From NCBI RefSeq assembly GCF_964188315.1, contig NC_135662.1, positions 45,384,001 through 45,448,000 on the forward strand: 64,000 nt of DNA, read 5' to 3'. This document shows, one piece after another, positions 1 to 12,276 of the stretch. This DNA is from Podarcis muralis (lineage: Eukaryota). The notes beneath the pieces were generated by a model. That model did not search any database and was not told the origin of the DNA. It saw nothing but the letters and a program-made list of their open reading frames with translations. Both the position numbers and the translations under genes were made by a program. How positions within the stretch are numbered: the stretch's first letter is position 1; every line of letters begins with the position of its first letter.

Positions 1-30
1 CTCAAATGCACATGTATTCTAAAATGTTAC

Positions 31-187
31 CTCCATCCATGCTCCCTTGGGTGCTGTTAGCCCTTCCCAATGAAAGGCTACGATGGCTTGCATTGCGAAA
101 TTGTGAGAAGGATGAGGTGGAGTCTATCGTGTTTCTTCGTCCTCCCAAAGCGTTGGTTGGGAAGAGAAACTGGGTATAAGAAACAGT
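31..187 (-). CDS. CABLES1: CABLES1 coding exon 6 (157 bp; TVSYTQFLFPTNALGGRRNTIDSTSSFSQFRNASHRSLSLGRANSTQGSMDG)
   Basis: Manual minus-strand translation matches recalled vertebrate CABLES1 (TVSYTQFLLPTNAFGARRNTIDSTSSFSQFRN). Acceptor ttcttcttag at 189-188, donor G|gtaac at 30-29. Phase 0 in, phase 1 out. Missed by the ORF track. Confidence 0.96.
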
Positions 188-448
188 CTAAGAAGAAGAA
201 AAAGAGACACACAATGTTGATTTTTTTTTTTATTGCTCCACAACATGAAAGCTCGTGTAAAGAACCTGTTTACTTTAAAACTTGAATTTCAAGAACTGAA
301 TGTTCTGAATTTTTACAGATGCTTAGAAGCCACTGTTTCCTTAAAAAATAAGAGAATACTGTTGCTTAAGAAATAGTAACTGTAGGATACAAATGTGATT
401 TAACATTTGATTCACGAGATTATATGTTGGTAGGATAAGTAGTCTTAC

Positions 449-551
449 CTTCCCATTGGCTCCCAATTCCACACCTTCAAGGCCAACGATGTCTTTCAAG
501 CAAACTCCTGCCGCAGAATGGCATGGCCTCCCACCTTCTGCTTTCATATCC
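449..551 (-). CDS. CABLES1: CABLES1 coding exon 5 (103 bp; DMKAEGGRPCHSAAGVCLKDIVGLEGVELGANGK)
   Basis: GLEGVELGAxGK motif of Cables proteins. Acceptor ctcttcccag at 553-552, donor AAG|gtaaga at 448-447. Phase 2 in, phase 0 out. Confidence 0.96.
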
Positions 552-1504
552 CTGGGAAGAGAAGCCAGTGGTTAATATATTTTGCATGTAACTAGATATA
601 AATCTTGTTTGTTCAACGCCCTTTCTCAAACACAAGTAAGAAAATAATGATAATTATGTAGAACAGGACTCTCTTGCCAAAAATTTATATGCTAATACTA
701 ATAACGAACACAAAATCAGAATACTCTTGCCCAGGGAAGCAAGCATTAAGCAGAAATCATTAAGCAGAAATAACATTTATTGGATTATCTGAATATGGAT
801 ACCGACCTATAAAAACCTATGCGGGAGTTCTGCGGGGCATTCTCTCTTTAAGGGAGAACAATGGCCAAACACTCCAGCATGTGAATAATTTAAAGCGCAA
901 TTAAAAATTAACCAGGTTTTTTTAAAACCTGGGAACAAAATTGAAAAGCCAATGCTCTGTGCAACAACAGAAGCCTCAGAACACAATGCTTTTTTGAAAT
1001 CTTATGCACTGTATTTACATGCAGTTCAAAATATGGGGGGGGGGGCTGCTTATAAGACCTGGGGAAGGAACCAGTGGCCGAAGAGCTGCGTGTGGCACCA
1101 ACTTTCTGTAGGTGGGGGGAAGCTGAGTGGGGTGGAAGAAGGAGAAAGAGAAGGGGCTGACAGAAAGAAAAAAGGAGTAGCCCGGCTCACTTTTGTTTCC
1201 TGTGTACAGCCATCATGCAGGCCTCTGCATATTAATCCTTTGACAGTATAAGGTTCTCCACACTTGTGGTAGGCAGATGAAGTCTTATACAGTCTGTATT
1301 TCAAATTAATGGAAACTGAGTGTAAGGGTCAAATTAAATGTGACCTTAAATGTGACATGCCCGTTTTTGAAAATAAAAATAGCTGTTAGTTGTGTATAGA
1401 GGATGACTACAGCATATGAGTGAAATTTTACTCCTTCCTCTCCTCCTGCAGTCCTGAGGAAGATTCCTCCTCAGAAGCTGGATTTGTTTGGAGTAGGTGC
1501 CCCA

Positions 1505-1680
1505 TGAAACGCTGTCCCATTGGATGTCAAGGACATAAACATCTACATGACTCTTAGAAGACATCTGAAGGCAGACCTGTATAGGGAAGTTTTTTAATGT
1601 ATTGTGTTTTTATATTTTGTTGGAAGCTGCCCAGAGTGGCTAGGGCAACCCAGTCAGATGGGTGGGGTAAAAATATAATA
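1505..1680 (+). mobile_element. L2-clade LINE 3' end
   Basis: Same family as 16809-17102, opposite orientation. Confidence 0.7.
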
Positions 1681-2002
1681 CGGAGGAGGAGGAGGAATCT
1701 CTCACTGGTACAAAGGCAATTGCCAGTTTCAGAAGAGGAATTTGAAAAAGTAGGTGCATGCTATCTGATACAAGCCCCTGAGAGCATCTCTCCAGTATTA
1801 AAAGAGCTCCAGTGGCCTTTAATTAATTTTTGGACACAATTTAAAGTGTTGGTTTTAACCTTTAAAGCTTGCATGTAGAAACCTGCTAGTGATGGATGGG
1901 GCCAGAAGCATACCTGGCACAAGAAATGTTGTTGCTGTTTATTATTATTATTAATTATTAATTATTATTACTTTAAGACCATCAGAAGAGCTTGGACCCA
2001 AA

Positions 2003-2030
2003 GGAGGAGGAGGAGGAGGAGGAGGAGGAG
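2003..2030. repeat. (GGA)n microsatellite
   Basis: Read directly. Confidence 0.93.
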
Positions 2031-2114
2031 GGACACAATACCTTGCCTAAGAATATACTGTCCTCAGGAAGTCCTTCCTGAGACTGGTATGGTAAGGAAA
2101 GGGAAGGGAAGGTA

Positions 2115-2425
2115 GAGGACGGTACAGGCTGGCGACATTAACCCTGCCACATGAGAATCCCTTGCAGACAACAAGACAGTCAGGTTGTGCATCCACAGCA
2201 GTGACCAGAGGAAGAATGACCGCTGGGATGAGCACAGAGAGAAGATACGCCATGGTGCATCTGTAGCAGCACGACGGGCGCCTTCATTTGCTCCAGCTGC
2301 AACAAAACATGTCTCTCCTGTATTGGTCTCTACAGCCAAAAGCAGGCGCTGTAACTCTACCATGGTTTGACTTTACTCCCAAAGGCACACTCGTTCACTG
2401 TCTCTTGAGACCGATGCCAACACGT
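2115..2425 (+). mobile_element. Degenerate RTE-clade LINE 3' end (not BovB)
   Basis: With frameshifts it reads ...DQRKNDRWDEHREK...AFICSSCNKTCLSCIGLYS.SRRC, the terminal zinc finger of RTE ORFs. Boundaries approximate. Confidence 0.65.
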
Positions 2426-2764
2426 ACAGTACAGATGAGATGGTACCAAATGAATAAAACGTTGAGGTACAGTCTACAGAAGCAAGCTTTGTCAGAACAT
2501 ACTGCAAGGCTGTGTCAAAAGCATGGGCTTTCAAGAGTCCCTTGGGCTACTTGAAAGAGTAAAAGCCCACTGTGTTGCAATGCCAAGGAACGTGATTGTA
2601 CTGGTACCAGTTTGAAGTTGTGGCGCTGCATTGGCACTACAATCCTTCATCTCTAGTGCTATGGTTGTGCAGATGACACACCACCAGGCCTTTCAAGAAC
2701 AATTTTTTTTAAAAAAAAGAAAAAGCAAGTGATTTTTGAGAGCTGACAGAACAGTCCAGAAGTA

Positions 2765-3002
2765 CAGTGGTATCTCAGATTACATACGCTTCAGGTTACG
2801 CTTCAGGTTAAAGACTCCACTAACCCAGAAATAGTTCTTCAGGTTAAGAACTTTGCTTCAGGATGAGAACAGAAATCGGGCTCCAGCGGCACGGCAGCAG
2901 CAGGAGGCCCCATTAGCTAAAGTGGTGCTTCAGGTTAAGAACAGATTCAGGTTAAGTATGGACCTCTGGAACGAATTAAGTACTTAACCCGAGGTACCAC
3001 TA
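2765..3002. mobile_element. Tc1/mariner-pogo (Tigger-like) MITE, family A, orientation 1
   Basis: CAGTGGTA-type TIRs, TA flanks, internal TTAACCTGAA-type repeats. Five related copies in the window. Confidence 0.88.
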
Positions 3003-3468
3003 TATGATTAAAGGATTGTGTTTGGTTTGAAGTGCCACCTCTATCTATAAAAAACTTTTATTTCAGATACACCACACTTAATGCATTGTTAGCAAATTCA
3101 AATGGTGTGAAGTGCGGTCAGTCGCACATCAGATAAGACATCATTTATACTCTGTACATCACAAATAACAATATCACTTGCTTTGATTTCAAAGACAATC
3201 CATTCCTAGTCATAGCATACAGCAGCTTCTCCCTTGGTTCAGAGTATGCCACGTTGTGATAAGGCCAACTGCAGATCTGAAATGCTGAAGAAAAACTGCA
3301 GTTCCTGTTTACTTCTTTTGGAAGTGCAGATACTGATCATCTGTCATGGGCAAACATTTTTAATTAAGTTTACCGTTTTTTAGAAATGTCATCTGCAACA
3401 TCCCTGATGCATGTAGCACATAACATTTACCCAGAAAATCTCAACAGGTATGAAACAAATATACATAC

Positions 3469-3546
3469 CCAACATGGCTACAGTCCCGATACGGCAGCAC
3501 TGAAAATATGCTGCAGAAGGATCTTCTGCCACTAATAAGGACTATT
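3469..3546 (-). CDS. CABLES1: CABLES1 coding exon 4 (78 bp; IVLISGRRSFCSIFSVLPYRDCSHVG)
   Basis: Near-identical to recalled human IVLISGRRSFCSIFSVLPYRD. Acceptor ttttctag at 3548-3547, donor GG|gtatgt at 3468-3467. Phase 2-2. Confidence 0.97.
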
Positions 3547-4087
3547 CTAGAAAACAAATAAAGTAAAGGCTATGATAGAGGGTAGCAAATCCAGCAATTC
3601 AATTCAATTCAAACTTAAAACTTTGCTTGGCAAAAACTGCTTTCCGCTATCCTACATTACTTTCTATTGCACTGCTGCAGACGAACTGGATCTATTCTCA
3701 CTCATAAACTGCACTGCATGTTGCGCTTACCAACATCTGACAGGCCAAGCACCACAAACTGACATAGGACAAGGGAGGCTTAACACTTGGTTATCAGTGC
3801 TTTAAGAGAGATCACTACTAATCATATCTCCAGTGGAACAAAAGGGGGAAAGAGCCTTATGCATAGCAGTTTGGGCGCAGAATGAAAAGCTTGGGACTTG
3901 AGCCAATGCATATCCACCATTACTTTGCTCTCTCTCTACACCATTCTGAGATTCAAATGGACAACAGGGGGGGAAGAGTGGCTTTAATAACGCGGAAGCT
4001 GGTCCTCTTAATTTGGCTAAAGAAATGGAATAAAAACAAGTTGGTAACACTACTTCACTTGTTCAGACATGGTTTACTTTGAGTCTT

Positions 4088-4216
4088 NNNNNNNNNNNNN
4101 NNNNNNNNNNNNNNNNNNNNNNNNNNNNNNNNNNNNNNNNNNNNNNNNNNNNNNNNNNNNNNNNNNNNNNNNNNNNNNNNNNNNNNNNNNNNNNNNNNNN
4201 NNNNNNNNNNNNNNNN
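4088..4216. other. Assembly gap (129 N) in CABLES1 intron 3
   Basis: Run of N read directly. Confidence 1.
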
Positions 4217-5139
4217 TTTTGATCTGGTTATTGGCATAAACCTCCAGGAACAAAACCAACAACTGTCACTGTTTTTTTGTCACTTTCATAACTTCACATA
4301 TCTTTGACAAGGAAGCCCAAGGGAAACTATTAATGGGTCAGACAGCTGTATTTTGTTTTTGTTTTTTAAACACAGTGCTGTGCCAGAAATGGTTGAGAAA
4401 TAAATGGGTCCTCTAGTCCAGAGTTCATAAATGCAACGATAATTGGAGTCTGCCGAACAGATGACAATACAACCACTTCTGCATTAAGAGATCCAAAATC
4501 AAACAGATGGCTTCACTCCGCTGTGTTTTCACACAAATTTTTACACTAACTACTGCAGTTCAGAGCAGTAATTAAGTCTGCAAAAGCATCTGACGTGCCA
4601 GCCTTTTCAGAGCATGCAATCTAATGTCCCTGTACGCAATGAATTTTGCATGAAATGTGCAGGGCTTCCAACTGTAAATGCAGACATAACTGGAGGGAAT
4701 AGGCCATGTTAGATACCAACGTACTAGGAATGTCCCTTTAACCTCAGCATGCAATTGCGCTAGCAGTGAACATCAGGAAGCACTTACAATGAACTCTTCA
4801 CCCTTCAGGTGAGGATTATAAATCATCATTAGCACGCAATTCTACTTTTAATTGTGTTGTCCTATTGCAAGCAAAGAGGAAAACTTCTTACAAAGCACAG
4901 CATCGGAATATAGAACAAGATGCAGATAGTAATCAGCCATTTCCCTTAAAATTAAAGTATTTGTGATGAAACAGAAACCATTGTTGAAACTTCACACATA
5001 TAAATGATTTAGTTAGCCTATAGATCTACAAGGAGGCAAATACCCAAAGGTATTTCAAAGCATGTTCAGTCGCATCAGTGGGGCAAATATCTTTGATACT
5101 ACACAACAAAAGAAAACTCACTATGAACATTAGGGGAAG

Positions 5140-5330
5140 TCTCAGAGGGAGAGCACACACTTTGAATGCAGAAGATCTCATGCTACAGTCCTGGCACTGC
5201 TGCTGAAAAGCCTCAGGCAGCCGAAGATGTGAAGGACCTCAATGTCTCAATGCTGCCAGTCAGAGTAGGATATATTGTGTTAGACAGACAAACAGGCTGA
5301 CCTGGTATAAGGCAGCTTCCTATGATGTTT
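5140..5330 (+). mobile_element. Old tRNA-derived SINE (Ther-1/Squam3-like), degenerate
   Basis: Head GAGCACACACTTTGAATGCAGAAG and tail GGTATAAGGCAGCTTCCTATG resemble the recalled consensus. Boundaries approximate. Confidence 0.55.
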
Positions 5331-6527
5331 CTACAATGCAGTGTGCTATACTTTTAATCTGAAGCACGTTGAACTATCTGGTCAATCCTTAACATTAATC
5401 ATGCTGGGAAACAGGATTGAACAGAAGTGTGGCCTACTGCTGAGGCAGAAGCAGAGTTCTTAAATAGGCAACACAAAACGGCTCAGGCAAGTTTCATAAA
5501 CACAAAAACAATACCTTTCCCCCCACAGGTTGGAACACTTCTCATTGCTAATGGCTGACAAGGGATCTAGCTACTAAAAAGGAGCTCTCTGTTTTCCAAA
5601 GGCATTTTAGCACCCAAAGCTACTGGGTGCTTGGAGCACTCAATGTACTGTATCTCCTCACCCACCAAAAGCTCCTCAGGCAGGCTGCTGAAATTCCTTG
5701 GCTTGACTATCCCCCTACATTCATCCTGACTACTTCCAAAAGCTTAGCAAGCACCAGAAGAGACATCTGCTCTTGGATAGAACCTTGCAAGCAACATTGC
5801 ACTTTGGTCCCACTCTCCATTCTGTACTTTTCATAGCTGGAGATTCTTGACGGCTGCTGCTCACCCAATGTAACCTTAGTTGGCTTCTAGGGCACCTGCT
5901 CACTATTTTTAAAGTCCAAGTGAGGCCCCTTGCGTAGTATTTCATCTCCCTATAACATGCCTCCCTTTATAATTCCTGCACCTATAGAGCATACACCAAA
6001 AGTGTTAACCAAGAAGAGAAATTTATTTCAACTGCTACTTTTGCCAATGGGCTTTACCAGACAGATAATGTCTGGCTACCATGTTACAGGCAGTATAGTG
6101 ATAAGCATCCATGGGACGAAGCTTCTATCCTTCAACTGCAAAGTGTATAAACTCTCACCTGCAATGCTGCATACTGTGTGGCTAGCAGCCCCACCCACAT
6201 CCAGTGGTAGCCCAGGATGGGGAGGTTGTTCTCACTGTGGGTTAATCCTGCATCAGTAAGCGCTTGTACACACTTACCACTTGGCAGTGGATAATTTGCC
6301 ACTGCGGATCCTGGGGCAATGATTTTTACATGTGTTTTTTTTTTACCATTTAGCCTTGCTTGAAGACTACAGAATACAGAGGTAATTCTCTGGATATGTC
6401 TTGCTTTTCCTTGCAGAGGATTCTTGCATTAGGAAATGTGGTGATCTGCATACAGAATCCAATTTCCACATGTAAAAGATGACCATTGTCTCCTACAAAG
6501 GCACACTGCTCTTTGCCTGCAAAATAC

Positions 6528-6620
6528 CTTCCATTCCTTGTATCATTCTGTCGCATGTTCTTGATGAAATGAACCTTCTTAAAGTTCTTTGGTCTGGGTG
6601 AGCCTGACAGAGTCCGGCAT
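6528..6620 (-). CDS. CABLES1: CABLES1 coding exon 3 (93 bp; CRTLSGSPRPKNFKKVHFIKNMRQNDTRNGR)
   Basis: Matches CABLES1 CRTLSGSPRPKNFKKIHFIKNMRQ. Acceptor tatttttcag at 6622-6621, donor AG|gtattt at 6527-6526. Phase 2-2. Confidence 0.97.
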
Positions 6621-7171
6621 CTGAAAAATAAAGCAATTGAAACCAATTAAGTTCTCTGCTGAATAGCCAAAATATCTCAACACAAAGGCAGGAAGGAAAG
6701 ACCAGACAAATTATTCAGTTCACCATCCTCCCCACTCAGGAGTCTGTAGCAATAACGAAAACAAGAATGTCTAGAAACAAAAGGGGCTTTAAAAAAATAA
6801 TAGAATGAAGCGATATATTTAAAAATGAAAAACAGAACTTCCTGGATTCTGTTACAGATCCCAGGAAAGATGAGATAGGGAAATGGAAGAATGATGTGTA
6901 TTTTCATAACCACCAGAATTCTCTGTAATAGTGCAAACCAAAATGTTTTTCAGTTTTTAAACACTTCATAATGAGTAAAGTTCCTTTTGCTAACAAAAGT
7001 AACTGGATTGTGCAAGGAGGTCTTCTCTAAAATATGTTTGCTTCCTCTTTTCCCTCCTCTTCTAAGTCTGTTAACACACTCCCATTTACCCTGCATCCAG
7101 TATGCTCCCGCCCCTGGTTCGGGAAGTGATCTATACACAAAATTAGCCACAATGTGTTGTTTCTTATAAAA

Positions 7172-7351
7172 CAGCAGCGTAGTGTGGGTTGTCAGCACCC
7201 AGGGCAAGGCAAGTAATTTGCGCCCCCTAACCCGTGGATTTGCGCCCCCTAACCTGTGGATTTGCGCCCCCTAACCCGTGGATTTGCCCTAACCCCAGAT
7301 GTTGCGCCTGGTGCGGCCGGGCCCCCCTGCACCCCCCACGCTACGCCACTG
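7172..7351. mobile_element. hAT-type MITE carrying a 22-bp tandem repeat
   Basis: Imperfect TIRs CAGCAGCGTAGTGTGGG / CCCACGCTACGCCACTG and 8-bp TSD TTATAAAA at 7164-7171 and 7352-7359. Confidence 0.88.
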
Positions 7352-7687
7352 TTATAAAATACTGCATTGTGATGCATTTCCCTTAAAACCAGCTTTGACT
7401 ATTGCGAGAGAGAGAAAAAATGCCCTGGGTGTAAAGCCAGTAATGTGTGCACAACCTAAGCTGTAGGAAAGTGGTGCAAAACGCAACATAGAATGGAAAA
7501 GGTGTTACGTCTAGGTAATGTGTTGGACCAAAGGGAAGGGAAAGATCAAAGGCACCCAACAGAGGAAGGGCAAAGAATAAAGCACCGATTAACTGAGGAC
7601 TGATTGGCAACAGATTGTGCATGAATTGTGACAAGTGGATACGGTGGTCTAGGAAGGGATCGGAGGATAGACATGAGAGGTGTAAAG

Positions 7688-7823
7688 CAGTGTTTCCCAA
7701 CCTTGGGCCTCCAGCTGTTTTTGAACTACAATTCCCATCATCCCTGACCACTGGTCTTGCTAGCTAGGGATGATGGGAGTTGTAGTCCAAAAACAGCTGG
7801 AGGCCCAAGGTTGGGAAACACTG
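7688..7823. mobile_element. 136-bp foldback hAT MITE
   Basis: Near-perfect palindrome CAGTGTTTCCCAAC...GTTGGGAAACACTG with 8-bp TSD GTGTAAAG at 7680-7687 and 7824-7831. Confidence 0.93.
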
Positions 7824-8546
7824 GTGTAAAGGATAAATGCACTGATGTAACAGACACACAAAAATATGACAATGAGAGATGGAAGTGAAGGGATCTGCTA
7901 GCACACAGAGAGCATGTTTTCAGCTTCAAAAGTGTATTTTCACATGGCCCTTTGCTGACAAGCAATCTTAAATCCAATGTATTTGATGGAGGGCCATTAT
8001 TTGAGCTTTAGGCAGGTTAGCCAGATGAAAAGAGGACAGGGCTCCTTTAATAGTTGTACAGAAGACAAGACTTTCAGCAGGCATAGCTTTTCCTGCTGCC
8101 ATTTCTCCCTCCACTCAACTATTCCTATCAGCAGTCACAATGGGCTCCAATTAAAAGAACCCCCACTGCGAGCAGAAGTCCACTGGAAGGAGAAGCACGA
8201 GTAAACAATCTGAAATATTAAACATTATTTATTTCTTTGGGCAATTATAGCTGCATTTGAATAATTTATGACTGCACTTCACAATGCTCTCATGAATGCT
8301 TTGTTACATACGGTCTAAAAAGAACAGTCTCATTAAGAGGAAGCAACGGATTTTGCTATTCAGGTTTCTTGCCCCTTAGGAGATGAGGAAACGGTTCTGT
8401 TCAATTTGAATTAGGTGGATTTCAGTAGTAAATACTGATAAGCTAAATTACTCAGGCCTTGACCTATGGAGAACTTTATAAAATTTCTGTCTTGCCAAGG
8501 GGCTATACCACAGGCAAAATGCACAGGGTGTGTTACTTTTTAAATA

Positions 8547-8898
8547 CCGTATTAGCCTGAATATAAGCCTTACTTTTTTCTCAAATTCCAACAGTGAAAA
8601 GTTAAAGTGTGGCTTATATTCATGACCTTAGGGTATGCAGCCAGGAGCGCAGGGCAAACAGCGCCAGGAGCGCGGCACCAGCCCCACTCATAGTCCCCGT
8701 CCTCTCCCCCAAGGCTGGGAAGGGAGAGAGTGAGGAAGTGAAAAAGCCGCTGGCAACGCAGCACCCTGCCCCCGCCCAGTATGCAGCCAGGAGCACCGAG
8801 GAATGGAGCAGCTTATATTCAGGTATTTTTTCTCTCCCCATTCCAATTTTAAAGGTGCGGCTTATATTCGGATGTGGCTTATATTCAGGCCAATACGG
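8547..8898. mobile_element. Tc1/mariner-type MITE with CCGTATT termini
   Basis: TIRs CCGTATTAGCCTGAATATAAG / CTTATATTCAGGCCAATACGG, TA TSD, repeated internal GGCTTATATTC motifs. Confidence 0.88.
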
Positions 8899-10395
8899 TA
8901 ATTATACTGCTAAAACACATATATCATATCATATCATATATCATATTTCTTCCATTATCAACTGCAAGTGCATTTCAATAAGAGCTCTTTTTTTAGTTTG
9001 CGTTTCTTCATAAAACAAAAGAAATTACTGGTTATGGTGTGCACCTGGATACAGTAAAGATCCTTTGGAACGGTTTGAAACAAGCAATTTAAAAAGCTGG
9101 AAAAAATGTATTAAGAGATGTTAAAAAGTACAATGGAAAAATCTGAACACCCTTTGGATGAATGAAAGCATGGCGTGTATTGGCCAGGCAAACGTAACAA
9201 ATTCCACGGATAGCAAACAGTTAGTGTGATGGTTTCTATTAGCTCATTTTCGTATAGGAAACATGGGACAAACACAAATGATAAAAACGTTTTCTCTTTA
9301 TCACAAGCAAGTTCAAAGTTTGTGTAGTTTTTAGGAGTCTGTGACTTGTGTCCCTTTCTAACCTTATAGAAGGATGAGATTGGCAAGTTATTCATTTCTT
9401 TATTTTGTCTTTGTGAATAATTAATCATGTTAAAAAAGAAAGGGTTGTAAATAAACAGTTCTTTGACTCTGAGCAAGGCTGCCTCATGTTATGAGCTTGT
9501 TTTGGGTTCCTATCAAAGCCCCAGCTCCAGTTGATCCTCTGTCCCTCTGTCCCATTGAACACAAATGCTTTGATGAAAGAGCAACACTATCCTGAATTGG
9601 TAAACAGATTATTAGTCAGTCATGCAGCATTTGGATTCTAACAGGGTACATAGTATCACAGAGCATACTGCATTGGCGGGCTAACTTTGTAAGAGGTCTT
9701 TACAAACGAATTTGCCTTCTGGAGGCACCTATGTTTGCAGCATTATGAATATATTTGGCATGAAATGTCAGATGCTACAGGACAGAGACCTTAAAAGCTA
9801 CGGGTTGTCAAAGAACATTGTATTTATATAAGGTGTGCCCCAAACAGCCATGTGTATCACTTCAGCAGTCCCAAGAAGTTCCTTGTGGAGTGAATGTTCA
9901 TCAGTGATCAAAACAGTACTTGTAAAGAGCTCCAATGTTTACATTCTTTTTGCACTGACCAAGCTGAAACAATTCTATAACAGAGTCTGTATTTTGTGAG
10001 AAGGACTCTTCACACATAACAGATTTAAATTGCGCTTGCTAGTCTCACTTCCTTGTTATGTCAGGCAGGGGTGGAGACCATCAAATCTAGGGGGCCAAAT
10101 GTAGCCCTCCAAACCTTTCTATTTGGTCCTTGAGAATTTCCCCTGGCCACACATTCTCCCTCAAGGCCTCATTCCCCGAGTGCTTTTGCCTGAATGGAAT
10201 GTGTTCTTGAACTGTGTTAATCCTCTGCTCACTTTTGCCTGAGGCTGTGCCCAATTTTGTCCCCAGTGGCATGTGGTGTTTGGAAGGTTGCCCATGAAAA
10301 AATGTGGACCTTGGTCTGGAATAAGTTCTACAAGCTTGCTATACGTGTTCATTGTAACCTATAAAGAAGCCAATGTGGCAGGACCTATACTGTAT

Positions 10396-10531
10396 TAGAC
10401 ATAGGCAAACTCAGCCCTCCAGATGTTTTGGGACTACAACTCCCATCATCCCTGACCACTGGTCCTGTTAGCTAGGGATGATGGGAGTTGTAGTCCCAAA
10501 ACATCTGGAGGGCCAAGTTTGCCTATGCCTG
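10396..10531. mobile_element. 136-bp foldback hAT-like MITE with (C/T)AG(G/A)CATAGGC termini
   Basis: Palindromic, and shares its central core with 7688-7823. No TSD recognised. Confidence 0.82.
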
Positions 10532-10536
10532 ATCTA

Positions 10537-10781
10537 CAGTGGTACCTCAGGTTAAGAACTTAATTCGTTCCGGGGGTCCGTTCTTAATCTGAAACTGTTC
10601 TTAACCTGAAGCACCACTTTAGCTAATGGGGCCTCCCACTGCTGCTGCTGCGCTGCCGGAGCACGATTTCTGTTCTCATCCTGAAACAAGGTTCTTAACC
10701 CGAGGTACTATTTCTGGGTTAGCGGAATCTGTAACCTGAAGTGTATGTAACCTGAAGTGTATGTAACCCGAGGTACCACTG
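10537..10781. mobile_element. Tigger-like MITE, family A, orientation 2
   Basis: TA|CAGTGGTACCTC...GAGGTACCACTG|TA. Confidence 0.92.
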
Positions 10782-11524
10782 TATATGCATACGGAAGAGG
10801 ATCAGCCCTTCCAGCAGAAGCTAATGTGGTAGGAGCTGTGGAACCAATCCAGTTCATTTATACACAATTTGTAATGTGGGGTGGGGACATCTTTTCCTTC
10901 ATCTCATCCCACAAAATGTATTGGGTCAGCCTTGCATGCACAGAATCCCTTGTGACCTAAGCACATAAGGAGTAGGGATGGACACAGCCCTGATCTCTTC
11001 CCTCACCCCCTGTCCCTGCAATTATTCCACATGTTCTTGGGTGGAACGATATCAGTTTTAAAGAAGTTCTGTAATGGTCCAAATTCTAACAAACATCAAA
11101 ATAAACGGCAAAGGGGAAGGGGAACAGAAAGAGAAGACAGAGAGAGCTACCGCGCTCAAGTCCTAGTTATGTTGGCACCTGGTTCGCCACTGTGAGAACA
11201 ATGCTAGACTAGATGTGCCTCTGGTCTGATCCAGCAGAGTTCTTAGATGTTCACATGTAAAGCCTGGCCTATACATGGGGATGACGGTGGAAATGGGTGC
11301 AAACAGGGCTGCAGATCAGAAGAGGGCAGTGGCTTCAAAAATAAGGTTGGGAAGATGAAAAGGGGGGTTAATAGTAGCTTAGTGGGAAGCAAGGGGATTA
11401 ATGTGGGGAGAGCGGCAGAGGAGTTGGTGAGCAAGGGGGCAGAGCCTTTTACCAAGGCATGCCAGTGGGATAATCATTTCAAGGAAAAAAACAACATGCA
11501 TACACTCTGTATAGTTATAGTTAC

Positions 11525-11596
11525 CTCCGTAAAGGAGCATTTTCCTCAATATCTTCTAAAGTCTCCAGTGAAGACCTTTGGGAAATCAACCGACGT
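11525..11596 (-). CDS. CABLES1: CABLES1 coding exon 2 (72 bp; RRLISQRSSLETLEDIEENAPLRR)
   Basis: Identical to the recalled human peptide. Acceptor cccttcacag at 11598-11597, donor AG|gtaac at 11524-11523. Phase 2-2. Confidence 0.97.
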
Positions 11597-11935
11597 CTGT
11601 GAAGGGAAGGGAAAAAAGAACAATTAAATACTAAAACCATATGCAATTTATTGCCCCAACCTAGACAAATAATAACACACTTTTTTAAACAAAAACTGAG
11701 CTGAACTGGGCTAATTTAAAATAACGATATAGAATAAAACTTTTCTGCTTCTTAGTTTCCTTCACACTTCTCTTCACCATAAACAAGGCTGTCATGCAAG
11801 AGAAGTTATACTGCAAGCTCTCAAATGATCTCGGGCAAATATTCACTACTTCAAACCCCCAGTTTGATCTAAGGGTTTTAAAAGTAAACACTTGTTGCCC
11901 AGATTTCAGTCTGTAGATCTGTATATGCACAGTAA

Positions 11936-12276
11936 AAAGGTAAAGGGACCCCTGACCATTAGGTCCAGGCGTGACCAACTCTGGGGTTGCGGCGCTCATC
12001 TCGCTTTATTGGCCGAGGGAGCCAGCGTACAGCTTCCAGGTCATGTGGCCAGCATGACTAAGCTGCTTCTGGCGAACCAGAGCTGCGCACGGAAACGCCG
12101 TTTACCTTCCCGTCGGAGCGGTACCTATTTATCTACTTGCACTTTGAAGTGCTTTCGAACTGCTAGGTTGGCAGGAGCAGGGACTGAGCTCACCCCGTCG
12201 CAGGGATTCGAACCGCCGACCTTCTGATCAGCAAGCCCTAGGCTCTGTGGTTTAACCCACAGCACCACCCGCATCC
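11936..12276 (-). mobile_element. Sauria SINE, full length
   Basis: tRNA-related head (GGTGxxGCTGTGGGTTAAACC...GGTTCGAATCC), diagnostic body, (ACCTTT)n tail, all on the minus strand. Confidence 0.93.

Noticed and set aside
4088-4216. A missing CABLES1 exon hidden in the N gap
   Set aside because: Exons 3 and 4 join in frame and give the continuous conserved peptide RNGR-IVLIS, so no constitutive exon is missing.
7216-7296. CRISPR-like array or true interstitial telomere
   Set aside because: The units are contiguous tandem repeats without unique spacers, in a eukaryotic MITE, and CCCTAA is not in tandem.
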